Shown: piece after piece, positions 11,329-22,936 of the stretch
How positions within the stretch are numbered: the first letter of the stretch is position 1
How the letters are laid out: each line of letters begins with the position of its first letter
From: Azolla caroliniana
Taxonomy: Eukaryota; Plantae; Polypodiophyta
Direction: 5' to 3'
DNA: 64,000 nucleotides
NCBI GenBank assembly: GCA_043228905.1
Contig: JBHGNT010000020.1
Location: 8,370,001 to 8,434,000 of the forward strand
The notes under the pieces: generated by a model
What the model was told of the DNA's origin: nothing
Databases searched by the model: none
What the model saw: the letters and a program-made list of their open reading frames with translations, nothing else
Program-made: the position numbers and the translations under genes

Positions 11329-14300
11329 TCCGCCCCCACCTAACCACGCATCCACAGTATTCGCCAAAATTGGGTTCCTGCTTGGAGAAAACCGGTCCTT
11401 GCTTTTATTCCTCGTTAACCGGTTCGTCCTCCGCCTCGGGCTGCTCGTCGTTGCTGTCCGTGCCTCCTTGCTCCGGCTCACCGTCGTGTCGTTTCTTGAA
11501 CGCTTTGATCCTCTTCCCCACTACCGGTATCGCCATTCTCGTACCGTCAAGCTCCGCGAGATGGTACGTCCCATTGGCGGCGTTGGCGCCTGTTACTACG
11601 TAAGGCCCGAACCACCTCCTCGCAAACTTCCGCGTGGCCCTGTGCTGATTGTCGAGACTGCTATCGTAGACTAGCACCCAGTCGCCTTCCTCGATCTTCC
11701 TTGGCCGGAGCCGGTGTGTTCGGTCGAACCGGGCTTTGTTCCTTATCCTCGCTACTCGAAGTTTCTCCACGGCCCGTTCTACGTCCTCCGGCCTCCGCTC
11801 GAGCTGTCGAATCCGCGCCGCCAACAATTCCTCCCGGCTCATCTCATCCCTCCAGTCCACCGTGGCCCACGAGGAGATCGTTCGCTCTGCTGGCATGATC
11901 GGCTTCTGTCCGAACATCAGCTCGGCCGGCATGAACCCGCTTACCGAACTGTGCATAGTCCGGTCCGCCCACAAGGCATAAGGTAGCAGTCGTGGCCAGT
12001 CCCCGACTCGGCCTCCGCATGCCCGTACTAGCGCTTTGACAATTGGCCCCTGTCCACGCTCCACCTTCCTGTTCGCCTCCGAATTGTACGCTGTGGTGAG
12101 CGAAAGTTTGACTCCTAGCCGGTCGAACAGCTCTTCGGCCTCTTCTGCGTCCAACTCACCACGGTCAGCCACGATCCTCCCTACACACCCGTATCGGCAT
12201 ACTACGTCCTCAATCAAAAACCGGCACACAGCTGCCGTCCTCTTGTTCCGCAGGGCTTGGCCTTCAACCTGGTTCGTTAGATCTTCCCAAGCCAGCACCA
12301 GATACCGCATCTGTCCTACCCCCATTGGCATCGTCACCAAATCCACCATCCACTTGAAGTGGATGGTCGGAGGATAGGTCGGGTGAAGCTCGTCCCGATG
12401 TCGGATCACGGAGTGCACTTGACAGCTTTCGCAAGTCGTCACGAACCGATGCACGTCCCGGTATAGTCCCGGCCACCAGTACTTCCCCTTTAGCTTTTCG
12501 AACGTGGCCCACGTTCCACGGTGTCCAGCCCACGGGCTATCGTGGTACGCCGCCAACAAATCCTCCTGTTCTTCCTTCTTCGCCACCACTCGGAGCGGGA
12601 TGCCGTTCCTCTTCTTCGGGCGCTTCCATATGTATCCGTCCCGGAGAAAGAATCAGTAGGCTTTCTTCCGAATCCTGTTGGCCTCGTCCTTTGTCCATGC
12701 CACGTCCGATGTCATTGTTTTCAGGAACCCGCCAATCTGTAGCCACTCCCTGTTGTACTTGCTCTCGTCGAAATTGTTAAGCGTCGGAGTGCATTCCCTG
12801 CCGGTTGTTACGTAGGCCGCCTCGAAGAAGTCCACGCCGACTTCCTCGTCATCCGAAACCATGCCGCCCTCGTTTTCGAACCTCGCCCTTGAAAGCATGT
12901 CGGCCATGGCATTGTCTTTCTCGGAAATGTGTCGTACTTCCAGATTCAGGGACTTGATGTACGCTATCCACCTGAGCATTGCCAGGTCCGGCATCGCGCA
13001 TCCGGAAACCATGCCAAGAATTGGCAGGCAGTTCGTCTCGATAATTACCTCTGTCCCGATCAGGTAGTCTTTGTCGGCCTTTACCGCCGAAACAATACCC
13101 CAGAGCTCGCGTTTAACCTGGGCGTATCCTCGCTGTCGCTCGCTGAGGACCTTCGCGCCGAACCGGATCGGGAAACGCATGTCGTCCTCGCCCTCTTGGT
13201 TGACGACCCATCAGATCCCGGTCGGACTCGTGTCCACCGTTACGTAAATTGGAGTGTCCTTTCCGTAGACAGCCTTTCGGAGCGCCGGAGCCGCGGCAAG
13301 TGCTTCCTTCATCTTCCGGACAAACTCCATATGCTCGTCTCTCCACTCGAATCTTCGCCCCTTTTTCAGCAACCCGTATAACGGCTCCGCGACGTGAGCG
13401 TAATGCGGGATCCATATGTGGTAGAACGCGCACACTCCCAAGAACCTCCGAACCTCCGTGACCGAGCTGCAATCGTTCCTCATCGCAGCGATGGCTTCTA
13501 CCTTAGCCGGAGACGGTTTCCGGCCGTATGGCCCGCATAGGTGTCTGACGACCATGATCTCTAATTGCCCGAAGGCCGACTTTCCCCCGGAGAAGGTGAG
13601 CCTCGCTCCCTCCAACCTCTGCAGCACCTTCTCGCAGTCGTCGATGTGCGTCGCCACAAATTTCCGGCATCCGTCCGGTCCGATCGTCTCGTCCCTTTCC
13701 TCCACCGGGCATCCCTTGATCGGGACGTCGTCCAAAAACGGCATGGTGATGTCCGGGATACAATCCCTCAGCACTTTGTTCATTGCGTTCACCATGTGAG
13801 CCACCGAGTTCATCCCTCCTTGCGGCAGGGTACACATCCGTACTAGGCCGAGAGGAGTTCGCATTGTCGTGATGTCTCTACTCTCTATGGCTAGCTAGAA
13901 CTGATCGTACCCCGAGTAGAGATCACCGACCGAGTAAATCGACCTTCCGGCGAAGGCCTCCGCGAACTCGTCTATTGTCGGTCCGATTCCTGCGTTTCGA
14001 ATGGTCACCTTGTTGACCGGCTGCAAGTCTTGAATAAAGAGCAGCATGCCGTCCTTCTTCGGCACGGTAAACCACTGATTCGAGTATGGGGCACTCGACG
14101 ATTCAAGGATTCCCATCTCGACCTTCTGCTTTAACAGCTCCATCAGCTTCGGGATGTGAGCTCTGGGTACTAGAATCGGTTTGAGACTCCACGGCACATG
14201 CGGTACCGTGAAAATCACCATCGGTTCCACGACTGTCGGGTCTACACACCTGATCTCCTCCGGTGAGAATGCGAAGGCCTTCCCGTGCTTTCTGAGCATT

Positions 14301-17037
14301 TCCCGAAAACGGTCCTCTTCCGCCAGCAGTAGGAAGCCACCCCCACCGATTTTGAGCTCGCGCAGCGTTATGTCGGTGAACGTGTGTCCTATGCGGGCCG
14401 GATTTCGTAAACTCGGGTCCGACACAACCCCCTTTATTCGCAACCCGCTGCCCTCCGGCAAGGGAGCCGCGACTGGCCTCACCTTCCAGTCCACAGTCTT
14501 GTACCTCGTGTCCACCCGGGCCATCCGATCCGACTCGAGCCCTCTACTGAAGTCCGCGATGACTTCGTACATCTTTTTCGAACATACCGGAATCGTCCGG
14601 TCCTCTTTAAGGACTCCTCCGACTACCTCCCGTAGCTCCCCCAAGGTATCGTCGAAAGAGACCGCCTCCACGGCTCCGTTGATTTCCTCTCCGAGGTCGA
14701 GGACGCCACATGCCCGAAGTCGCTCCTCCGCCCTTCTCTTCTTCCGGCCAACGACGTCGGCTATCGTACACCCTCCATTGTCGGAGAACCAAAATTCCCT
14801 ACTTATAGTACAGGGTTTCTTCGCTATCTTACACTTGTGGGGTTCTCCCGGAGTGTCCGGACTATCGCGGCCCCACGCCTTGATAGCCCTCTTCAAAAGT
14901 CCTCCCGGCTTTCGCCCCCGAGGATCTCGCGGTTCCTCTCATGGTTCGGTCTCACCATTAGGAACTGGACCGAGTGGCGCCCATCCTGGCTCTTGACCCT
15001 CGCATAGGCCGAGTCGTTGTCCAGCACCTTGGTCTCCATTCGTGCTGCCGTGATGTACGGTTCTCCGAGTATAACCGGATGTGAGGACGTCTCCTGCACG
15101 AAGAAGTGCTGGTCAATCTGGACATCGCCGATCTTTACTCGTACATTCAGGCAGGCTCCATGTAATTCCTCGGTGGCAAGTGTTGCCGCCCATATTTTCC
15201 ACCCGTGCTTGGTGTTGATCGGCCATTTCCCCTTCTTATAGAAGTCCATGAACATCAAATTGATTTTTGAACTGTGGTCCACCAACGCCACCACCGGTTC
15301 ATGAATATCTCCGATCTTCACGGGGGTCTCCGTGGTCGCTCTGGCCCAGTGCGGCCTCGAGTAGTGGCTCTCCGCCAACTCGTCTTCCAACGCCATGTCC
15401 TCTATGTGCGTCGTCCGCACCTCCACCGGCTTCTCCGGTTCTGTCTCCGCCGACAGCCTCTTCCTCTTCACCAAGTCTACGATGGAGTCGTGGAACTCCT
15501 TGGCGATCCCGAGCACTTCCCTCAGCGATAGCTCCACCTTGCTGTCGAGGATTCGCTCTTCCAGGACCTTTCGCAGGTCCGTGGATCTTTCGATTTCTGT
15601 GCCCAGCTGGTACCCGCCCTTCTTGGGATTATCCTGGGCGCCAGTTACAACGGCCTCATTCCGTCTCTGCCCGAATCGAGTTTCATATCGTTGTGAGGGC
15701 CTGGCCCCTCCGGTTTTACCTACCCTCTTGTCCTCCACCAGAGCCTCGTAGTTTTGACAAGCGGCTTCGACGAAGCCCGTCTTTTCTTCCACCAGGCCAC
15801 TCCACTCGGTTACCTCCCGGACCCGTTTTTCCGGGTGGTCCACCTCTTCTTCCCTTAGCCGTGCGCCGGCGAGGCCTTCTAGCATCGTCGGCCAAAACCC
15901 GGCTTTGTTCGTTTTCGGGGCCTCGCCACCTCCGACCCGAATACCAGCTGACGCCGAGTAGTGGACGGTCTCCGTGTGTCGAGCCGTCGCCTCCTCCATC
16001 AGCCTTTTCATACCCCCTTGCCCGACGTTCAGGTTCAGGGCCCTTTGGGTCTCGCTGGCGTGCACCCGACCGTTCCACAAGTACACCACGTTGCTTCTCA
16101 TCGCCTCGGTGAAGTCCCCGCAGTCCTTTCGGATGTGCCCAACCGCGTCACACCACATGCACCTGTTTTCAGCCAGAGGTCGTCGGTCACGGGCCTATTC
16201 GCCACCATCCCTCCGTGCCTGGGCGATCTAGAGATCCCTTACCATTCGCGTCAGCTCCTCCAGAGCTGCTCCCCCAGACGAGCCCTTGACCACGCCGGTT
16301 GAAGCCGACCCGGTCTCGAGCCAATCTCGGGTCTCTTCCCTTCGCGTTGGTGGTGTTGGCTCAAGCTTCTTTGTTGCGACAAAGCCTGCCCCTGTCGACC
16401 CTTTGTCAACCCATTCCCGCCGTTTGTCAAAACGGCCACAGACCCTTTTCACCATGGCCCAATCGGCCGTCAACCCGTCATCAGTCTCCAATAGGAAACC
16501 TACCTGCTCCCGATCCCGCTCGTCAACCGACTTAACAAACAATAGGACGCGGCTTGTGTCCAGAACGGTCCGGTCAGGCACCGAGAGGCGCGCGAAGCGT
16601 TCCTCAAACTCCTGAAGGAGCACTGTTGCGTTCCTTCCTTTGTCGGGGGTCTCCACCCACTCCATGAAGTCCCACTTCAAAAGTCGAAGCGCATCTTCAA
16701 ACCCGTATCTTTCGAGGAGCCGACCTTCGAACTCCTCCTAGGTCCGGCTCTCGGCCCATACCTCGAGCACCTCCGTATGGATACCCGGCATCGCCACTCG
16801 AGAGAATCCGGCTAGACGCCTCTCTTCCGGAATGTCCCTCATTACCATCTCAGCCCGGTAGGACGCCAAGTAGCTCGTGGCATCCTTCCCACTAAACCGG
16901 CCGATCGTACCGACAACCACCTCGATAACCCTATCAAGGGCGCCGATGCCTTCGCGCGCACTCACTATATGGTCTACAGCCAAAGCCATGGCTTCTGCAA
17001 GGTCCGACCCCCTCATCTTCTACTCCTCTACCGCCTG

Positions 17038-17055
17038 TTCACGTCGGGCTCACCA
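17038..17055 (-). other. Primer binding site complementary to tRNA-Trp 3' end
   Basis: Plus strand TTCACGTCGGGCTCACCA versus plant tRNA-Trp 3' end TTCACGTCGGGTTCACCA (from memory, one mismatch). Confidence 0.75.
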
Positions 17056-17059
17056 AATA

Positions 17060-17748
17060 TGTCGCGTTGCTACACGCGTGCGTGGAGAACAAAGCGGGAC
17101 CACTGGGGTCTTGGACCGAGGAATAGGTGGGGGAAAAGAGAGAGAGAGGGAGAGAGAGACACGCTCACACACGGATAGACAAAGAAGCGCGCGGGAACGC
17201 AGCCCAATCAACACAAGAGACACAAGTTGGGCAGGAGATAGAGTGTAAGAACGCGTATATAAATATATGTATGCAGATGACTCGAACGGTTACAGCCGAT
17301 CAGGTCGGCGAGACGGGTGTCGACGCCTAATCACCCACGCACACAGGGGAGCAAGATGGAGATTCTGCCGGAAGCACACGGGCGTTCCACGGAGCAGAAT
17401 CAGCCTCTCGAGAACCTGCGCAAAGAAAGCTTATGGAGAACGACAGAGGAGAAGAGCTCGGTCCCAGTCCGACAGCACTTCATCCCCTCTAGTGTGCGAT
17501 CCCTTCTCTCCCTGTCTCCCTCTCTTTTATAGCTCAAGGAGGGAGGCCGCCTTGCCCGTTTACATCACATTAATTCTCTGTCCTTTCGGACAGAGATACT
17601 CCTCGATTTCCCTTACAGAATATTGCTACCTAGGATTTAACCTTTGTGCCTACCTATCTACTATACAACAAGGGACGTGCCCACGTGTAAGGGCCGGTTC
17701 ACACACACTATACACGGTTTGCGCTTGGGGACGGTTTTCTTCACGACA
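17060..17748 (-). repeat. 5' LTR of the nested Gypsy
   Basis: Direct repeat of 10642-11328; followed on the minus strand by the PBS. Confidence 0.95.
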
Positions 17749-20629
17749 CCGTTCTGTTCTCCCTAGTCATTTCCTTGGCTATCTGCACCGGTCTCGTCTC
17801 TTCCGTAGTTCCTAGATTTACCTCCTCTAGTTGGGATGCTTTAACCCGTTGTGATACCGCCATTTCTCTTTCCAGCGCTTCTTGTGCTTGCCGTAGCTCC
17901 CGGATCGCTTCTTTATTTGGTTCTTCGTCCGCTCCGTCCAATGGCAGTATGTATGGTGATACGGCTTCAGCTACGTCAATTTCGAACAGGGGTACTATCT
18001 TCGGATTATCTTGCAAGTATTGATCCACCTCTTCGTTTGCTAATCCGTCCAGCATATTGACACATTCGGCATATAGGGGTGTTAATTCCTTCCCGGTACC
18101 TGTCCGTGGTTGTGTCGGTACCCATACTTTTGCTTTTCCCCGTCGGAAGGTGATTATATTCTTCCTCCAATTTTGTTTAATGTGCGCCATTTTTAGCCAC
18201 GGCCATCCCAACAATAGCGGGTACGCTCCTTGTGCCTGTAATTGTAGCACTACTACCGAGATGCGAAATGTGTGGCCGCCGATTGTTACTTCCAAATCTC
18301 ATATCAAGCCGGTCGGTCGCACTGAGCTTGTATCCGCCATCCGTAGCCAGAACGGGCATGGTTCCCACTCTTGGATTCCCAAGTTTGTGCATGTTCAGAG
18401 GCTAATCACATTGACGCCGGATCCTCCATCTATTACTGTTCTGGGTAACTCCTTTCCCTTCACGATGGTTGTGATCATCGGACTGTTTGTGTCTACCACT
18501 ACCGGTCCTTCCTCCGGATTTGAGAAGAATGTTGGTGCCGGTGGTGTTTCTCCTGTCGTCATGCCTGTCTTGAGTCCTTCTGTGAATCTGGGCACTAGTT
18601 GTAGGAGCCGTCCTAATGGCAGCATGATTTGGCCATGTCGCATTTTCGGTTTGACTGCTGTCGGCGAGCTCTTCAGTGTTCTCCTGTTGCTGCGCAAGTT
18701 CTGTTACGTTTCGTTCATTTGCCTTTTTCACCCATTCCGTTGCCTGCTTCCGGATGGCCTCTTGTGTCTCCCATTCCGTCGTCTTGCCCTTCGACCTTGT
18801 GGTAACCTACTACAGGTCTGCGACTTCGGCAACTACCATGTTTACTGCCGGTCGCTTGTCATAGCTCTTTGTCGGACATTGATTACTATAATGTCCTTCT
18901 TGCCGGCAATAATAGCAATATGCTTTCCGGGTATTGCTGGATTCAGCATTGTTTCCTGTACTCGGTGGAGGACCTGTGGTAACCGCGGGGCTTTGGTCCG
19001 GTTGGCTACTTGAGGCACCTTTTTCTAGTTCACGTGGGTGGCTCCCTTTTTTGAACTGCCGTTTTTTATTAAAGTTCTTTTTGTTGTGGTACCCTTGACG
19101 GGGTTGGTCGTCATATCTCCCGTAATCTTCCCGTCGTTGGTGATACCCGGGGGAGTGATCCCGGTTGTGATTCTCGTACAGTCCATTGTAATCTCGGTAC
19201 CTGTCATATCTCTTGTACCGGTCATAGTTGTCTCGCCGATCATCGTACCGGACATCCTGTGCCGGTCAATATCACTCCTCTCGTCGCCAGCGTTCGTCTT
19301 CTTCGTCTCGGCTGCTACGTGGCTCGATTTGCCGGACTGGTGGTGCTTGCCGATTCAATAAGTTATATTCGCACCGGTCCATCGTGTGGCTCGTAGATTG
19401 GCAGAGTAAGCAGTGCGTCCGCATGGTGCACTCCAGTGAAGAATGTCCGGAATTCAAGCAGATCGTGCATTGGATTGCTTGCCGGAACTGGAGATCCTCA
19501 TCGGTCGGTAACACTCGTTGGAGGGCTCCCATTGTTAGCCAAGAGCTCGTTTTCTCCATTTCTCTAACCCGGTCGATGACCTGGTTGACGGTGCTTGTGC
19601 AAAAGTCAATGACCGTGCATACCGTTCATAGAGGTTCCCGGAGCGCGGCTAAGAATATAGCCCATGTTTCTTCTTCTGGAGGTGCGCGGGTAAGCTGACT
19701 GTGCATCCGTTGAAACCGGATGACAAACTGCGGAATGCTCTCCTCGGGGTCCTGCCGGATGGTGTAAAATAGGCCCACCATTTCTCTTTGGTCCACCTCC
19801 TTCTGAAAGAAGTGCAAGAATTTATCTTTCAGGTCTGCAAAGGTGGTGATGGTGCTGGGGTCCTGCGTCTAGTGCCATCTGGCAGCTGGTCCTTCCAATG
19901 TCACACCAAATTCAGCTATCTTAGATTGTTCCTCTTCGGCCGCGGTTAACCGTTGTGACACATGGTTCGCCTCCCATGTTTGTGGAAATGCGTGAACATG
20001 AGCCTCCGCGTTCAGATCATCCCTATACTTGGAGTACTGGAACGGCATGTCGTCGTCCGGTGTCGGTACGCGAGCTGGCGGTGTTGGTGGTCTTTCTTGT
20101 TGTTCCGTCGGCGTCGGAGGTCTTTGCCGGTCTTCTTCCGTCTCCGGAGGTTGCTCCACGTCTAGTGTCGGGGGTTCCCGGTCTGACAACTCTAGTTCCG
20201 GTGTCGGTAATGTATCTGACTCCTCATCCTCTGGTCCCCCTGGGGTGTCGTTCCTGCTGCGATAGTTCGTGTGCGCGTTGTAACCCCCTTCCGAATCCGA
20301 TTCCAACGCTGAAAATGCTTCGGATTCGCCGTCTCTTCCGGCCAAGGCCTGGAGAAGGGATTCCGCTTCCCAGAGGCTGCTTAAGCTGCTTCCTTCGTCC
20401 GGGTAGGCGTTTTGTTGCAGACGGAGCGACTCCTCCGCCACTTTCCGGATCACTTTGGAAAATGATCGATCCGATCGGATTTCTTCCGCTGCTTGCTGGA
20501 AAGCCTCTCACCACCTTCGTCGTTCAGCAAGTCTTCGTGCTCTCTCCGTAACCGGGTCGTCTATTGGCCTAGTCATCCATTCCCGCCATTGTTCACTGCG
20601 ATTGTGCAGGAATCCTGGTCGCCAAAAAC

Positions 20630-21020
20630 TGTGTTAATCCTAGGGCCGGACAACAGCCTAACACAGGGTGTCCACTTAACACACTTCACGAAAGGGTGTT
20701 ACGGCAAGATGACTTACGACACAACGCTTAATTAGACCTTAATCGGTTAGTTAGCAACACATCATTAACACGCGTAAGATATAACAATGAGTACAGAACG
20801 GTAATCAATATTGAAAGATTAAGGCAATAAGTTCTATTAATTATCGGATGTCGATTACATTGTAACCGGGCCTTTATATAGGTCTCTGGTGCGAAGTACA
20901 AAACGGTGCCAACCGGCACCTGTTTGGGATCGGTCCGGATCCGGATCGCCATACCGATTCCAGTCCGTCCGTCCACATCTTCTCATATATTATTATATAT
21001 TAAGACTACTAATTACAACA
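20630..21020 (-). repeat. 5' LTR of the Athila-like element
   Basis: TGTTG...ACACA on the minus strand, TATA box ~20872-20880, followed by GTTTT-TGGCGACCAGG (tRNA-Arg-like PBS). Confidence 0.8.
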
Positions 21021-22078
21021 GTTCCCGAGTAAACTATTCCTTTCACACTCTGGTTTGGACCTCCTTAAGCCTTCTTGCCGGCCGGGTAACAATCATTACG
21101 ACCTTGTCCGAACCGACCTCTGTGACCTTGGCCGAAATTCCTCCTGTCATCCGACTGGGAGTAGAGCATATGGCCATTTGGTGCATTGCTCCTCTGCCGG
21201 GCGTGATTCTCTTCGACCAGCAATATCGACTGAAGGTCGAAGAAGCAAGGAGGGTTCTCCCTTGCGAGAATAGCCGATCTAATCGCACCGAAACGCGGTG
21301 CTAAGCCTCTGAGGCATATCTGCACCAGTTCTTCATCATCAATGACGACATTGATCAATCCGAGGGTGTCACATAGCTCCTTGATCTTCAAAGTATAGCT
21401 TGAGATTGACATGTCCCTCTGTTGGATGCTATTCAGCTCCTAATGAAGCTAGAGCTTGTGTGCGGCCGTGTTGGCTACGAAAATCTTTTTGAGATTTTCC
21501 CATGCCTACTTCGGCGTTTTTGCCTCTCGAATGTAACCAAGCATGTGATCATGAACGCATGATGCAAGGCAATATAGCACATGGCTTGCGGCCTACTCCC
21601 AAGCGGGATAGTCGGCGTGTGTTGGGTTGGGGTGTGATTCCTGAGCTCCTTCGATGTAGTTCCAGTAGCCTTGTCTGACAAGATATTGATGCATCTTGTA
21701 TTCCCAAGATGCAAAGTTTGTTCTGTCGAGCTTCTCGGTAGGAAGAGCACTTCCCATTTGAGTATTCATGGTGATTTCTTCTCTATCAATGGGCCGGTTC
21801 TATTGATCGTCAGTGTGCAGCACAACACAATCGAAAATGCTTGATCAAACAACCACACGCTCTGATACCATGTTAAGAATTGAGTCTGTGGTGATTGCAA
21901 TGCAGCGGAAGATGAGAGACTGTGTGTGTGTGTGTGTAATAGCAGAGAGAGAGAGAGATAGACACTATTGTATATTATATTAACAAGAAAAAATACATCC
22001 AACATTCACTAAGTTACAATGAGTTGGTTTATATACCAACTAAGCTAGGGCAAGCGCCCTTTCTGCTATTTACAAAAC
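21021..22078 (-). mobile_element. Ty1/Copia 5' fragment (partial LTR, PBS, gag) into which the Athila-like element inserted
   Basis: PBS TGGTATCAGAGC at 21859-21870, LTR boundary 21871, gag (ENPPCFFDLQSILLVEENH) homologous to the 43205 ORF; right boundary approximate. Confidence 0.85.
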
Positions 22079-22080
22079 TA

Positions 22081-22936
22081 GCTTGGTATGTCCATGGGCT
22101 AGTGTGAACCTATTCCTATGGGAAGTTGTGTTCGACTCTCAACAAGACGAGATCATTTCCCATTGAGATCATGGCCATGGAAAGGGTTGTTGACTACATG
22201 CTTAAGGTTCAAAAAAGTCCCTCACATCGACTTCCTAGAATTGCATGGGAAGCAAGCAAAAAGATCCAAAAGAAGCATAAAAGCAAAATTTTGTGTTCCG
22301 GTTGGATGCAAGATATAGAAATATGGTTTGGTAGATGGGATGCGAGACACTTGCTTCATGATGCATCACTAGATTCCTCTGTAAATGAGGCATTTTTGCA
22401 ACGCCAATGTATCGTGACATGGGACAAATGTGGAGGCTCACGCGTCACACATTATACTACACATGTCGGACCTAACTACAAAACCGTATTCTTTCCAGAA
22501 CGGGGAAACCGTACAAATCGATACATGTTAGAGCCCATACCATTATCTGTCATTCAAACCATTGCTTCCATGCGACTTAGCTCACATGCATTGCGATGTG
22601 AGACAGGGCATTGGGGCACAAGTGATGAGAGTGGTCGGCTATGCACACTTTGCCCTAAACAAGTTCGTGAGTCTGAGTATCACACTTTGATACAATGCTC
22701 TGCCTTTGATCATATTAGACCATGCTTTCCACATCTCTTCGACCGATCCCAATCCTTGCATGAATTCCTCTCACAACCACAGCAAGATTCATTGGTAAAG
22801 TTCTTGAACATCGAGAGTTACTACTCACTTTCACACGTATCACGTGAAATGTAATATTTTTGGTCTCATAGGTCATGTTTGACCTCCGAAGACGATAATA
22901 TAATATATCTATCTATCTATCTATCTCTATCTATCT
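22081..22936 (+). mobile_element. 3' end of a non-LTR retrotransposon (LINE) ending in an (ATCT)n tail
   Basis: ORF 22126-22854 with RLSSHALRCETG and zinc-finger-like RLCTLC...ESEYHTLIQC; a second 3' copy lies at ~26820-27018. Confidence 0.75.

Larger units (their letters stand above)
10642..17748 (-). mobile_element. Structurally complete nested Ty3/Gypsy LTR retrotransposon with degenerate ORFs
   Basis: LTRs 10642-11328 and 17060-17748 (TGTC...GACA); TSD CCGT; PBS 17038-17055; PPT 11329-11340; gag with zinc knuckle (CDAVGHIRKDC), protease ALVDHSS, RT LPQG..PFLDD, RNase H, integrase 11405-12589. Confidence 0.95.
6126..21020 (-). mobile_element. Athila-like Ty3/Gypsy LTR retrotransposon, degenerate, 3' LTR missing, interrupted by a nested Gypsy
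   Basis: 5' LTR 20630-21020; PBS TGGCGACCAGG; gag ~19000-20450; protease IDGGSGVN ~18400-18450; RT (VFLDDF) and RNase H 9209-10640 and 17750-18295; integrase 7607-9046; extra ORFs 6126-7322. Confidence 0.88.

Noticed and set aside
17038-17055. tRNA-Trp gene
   Set aside because: Only the 3' 18 nt including CCA, next to an LTR, so it is a PBS
14181-19013. Long plus-strand ORFs (271, 281 and 318 aa)
   Set aside because: Antisense shadows of GC-rich gag-pol with no independent motifs
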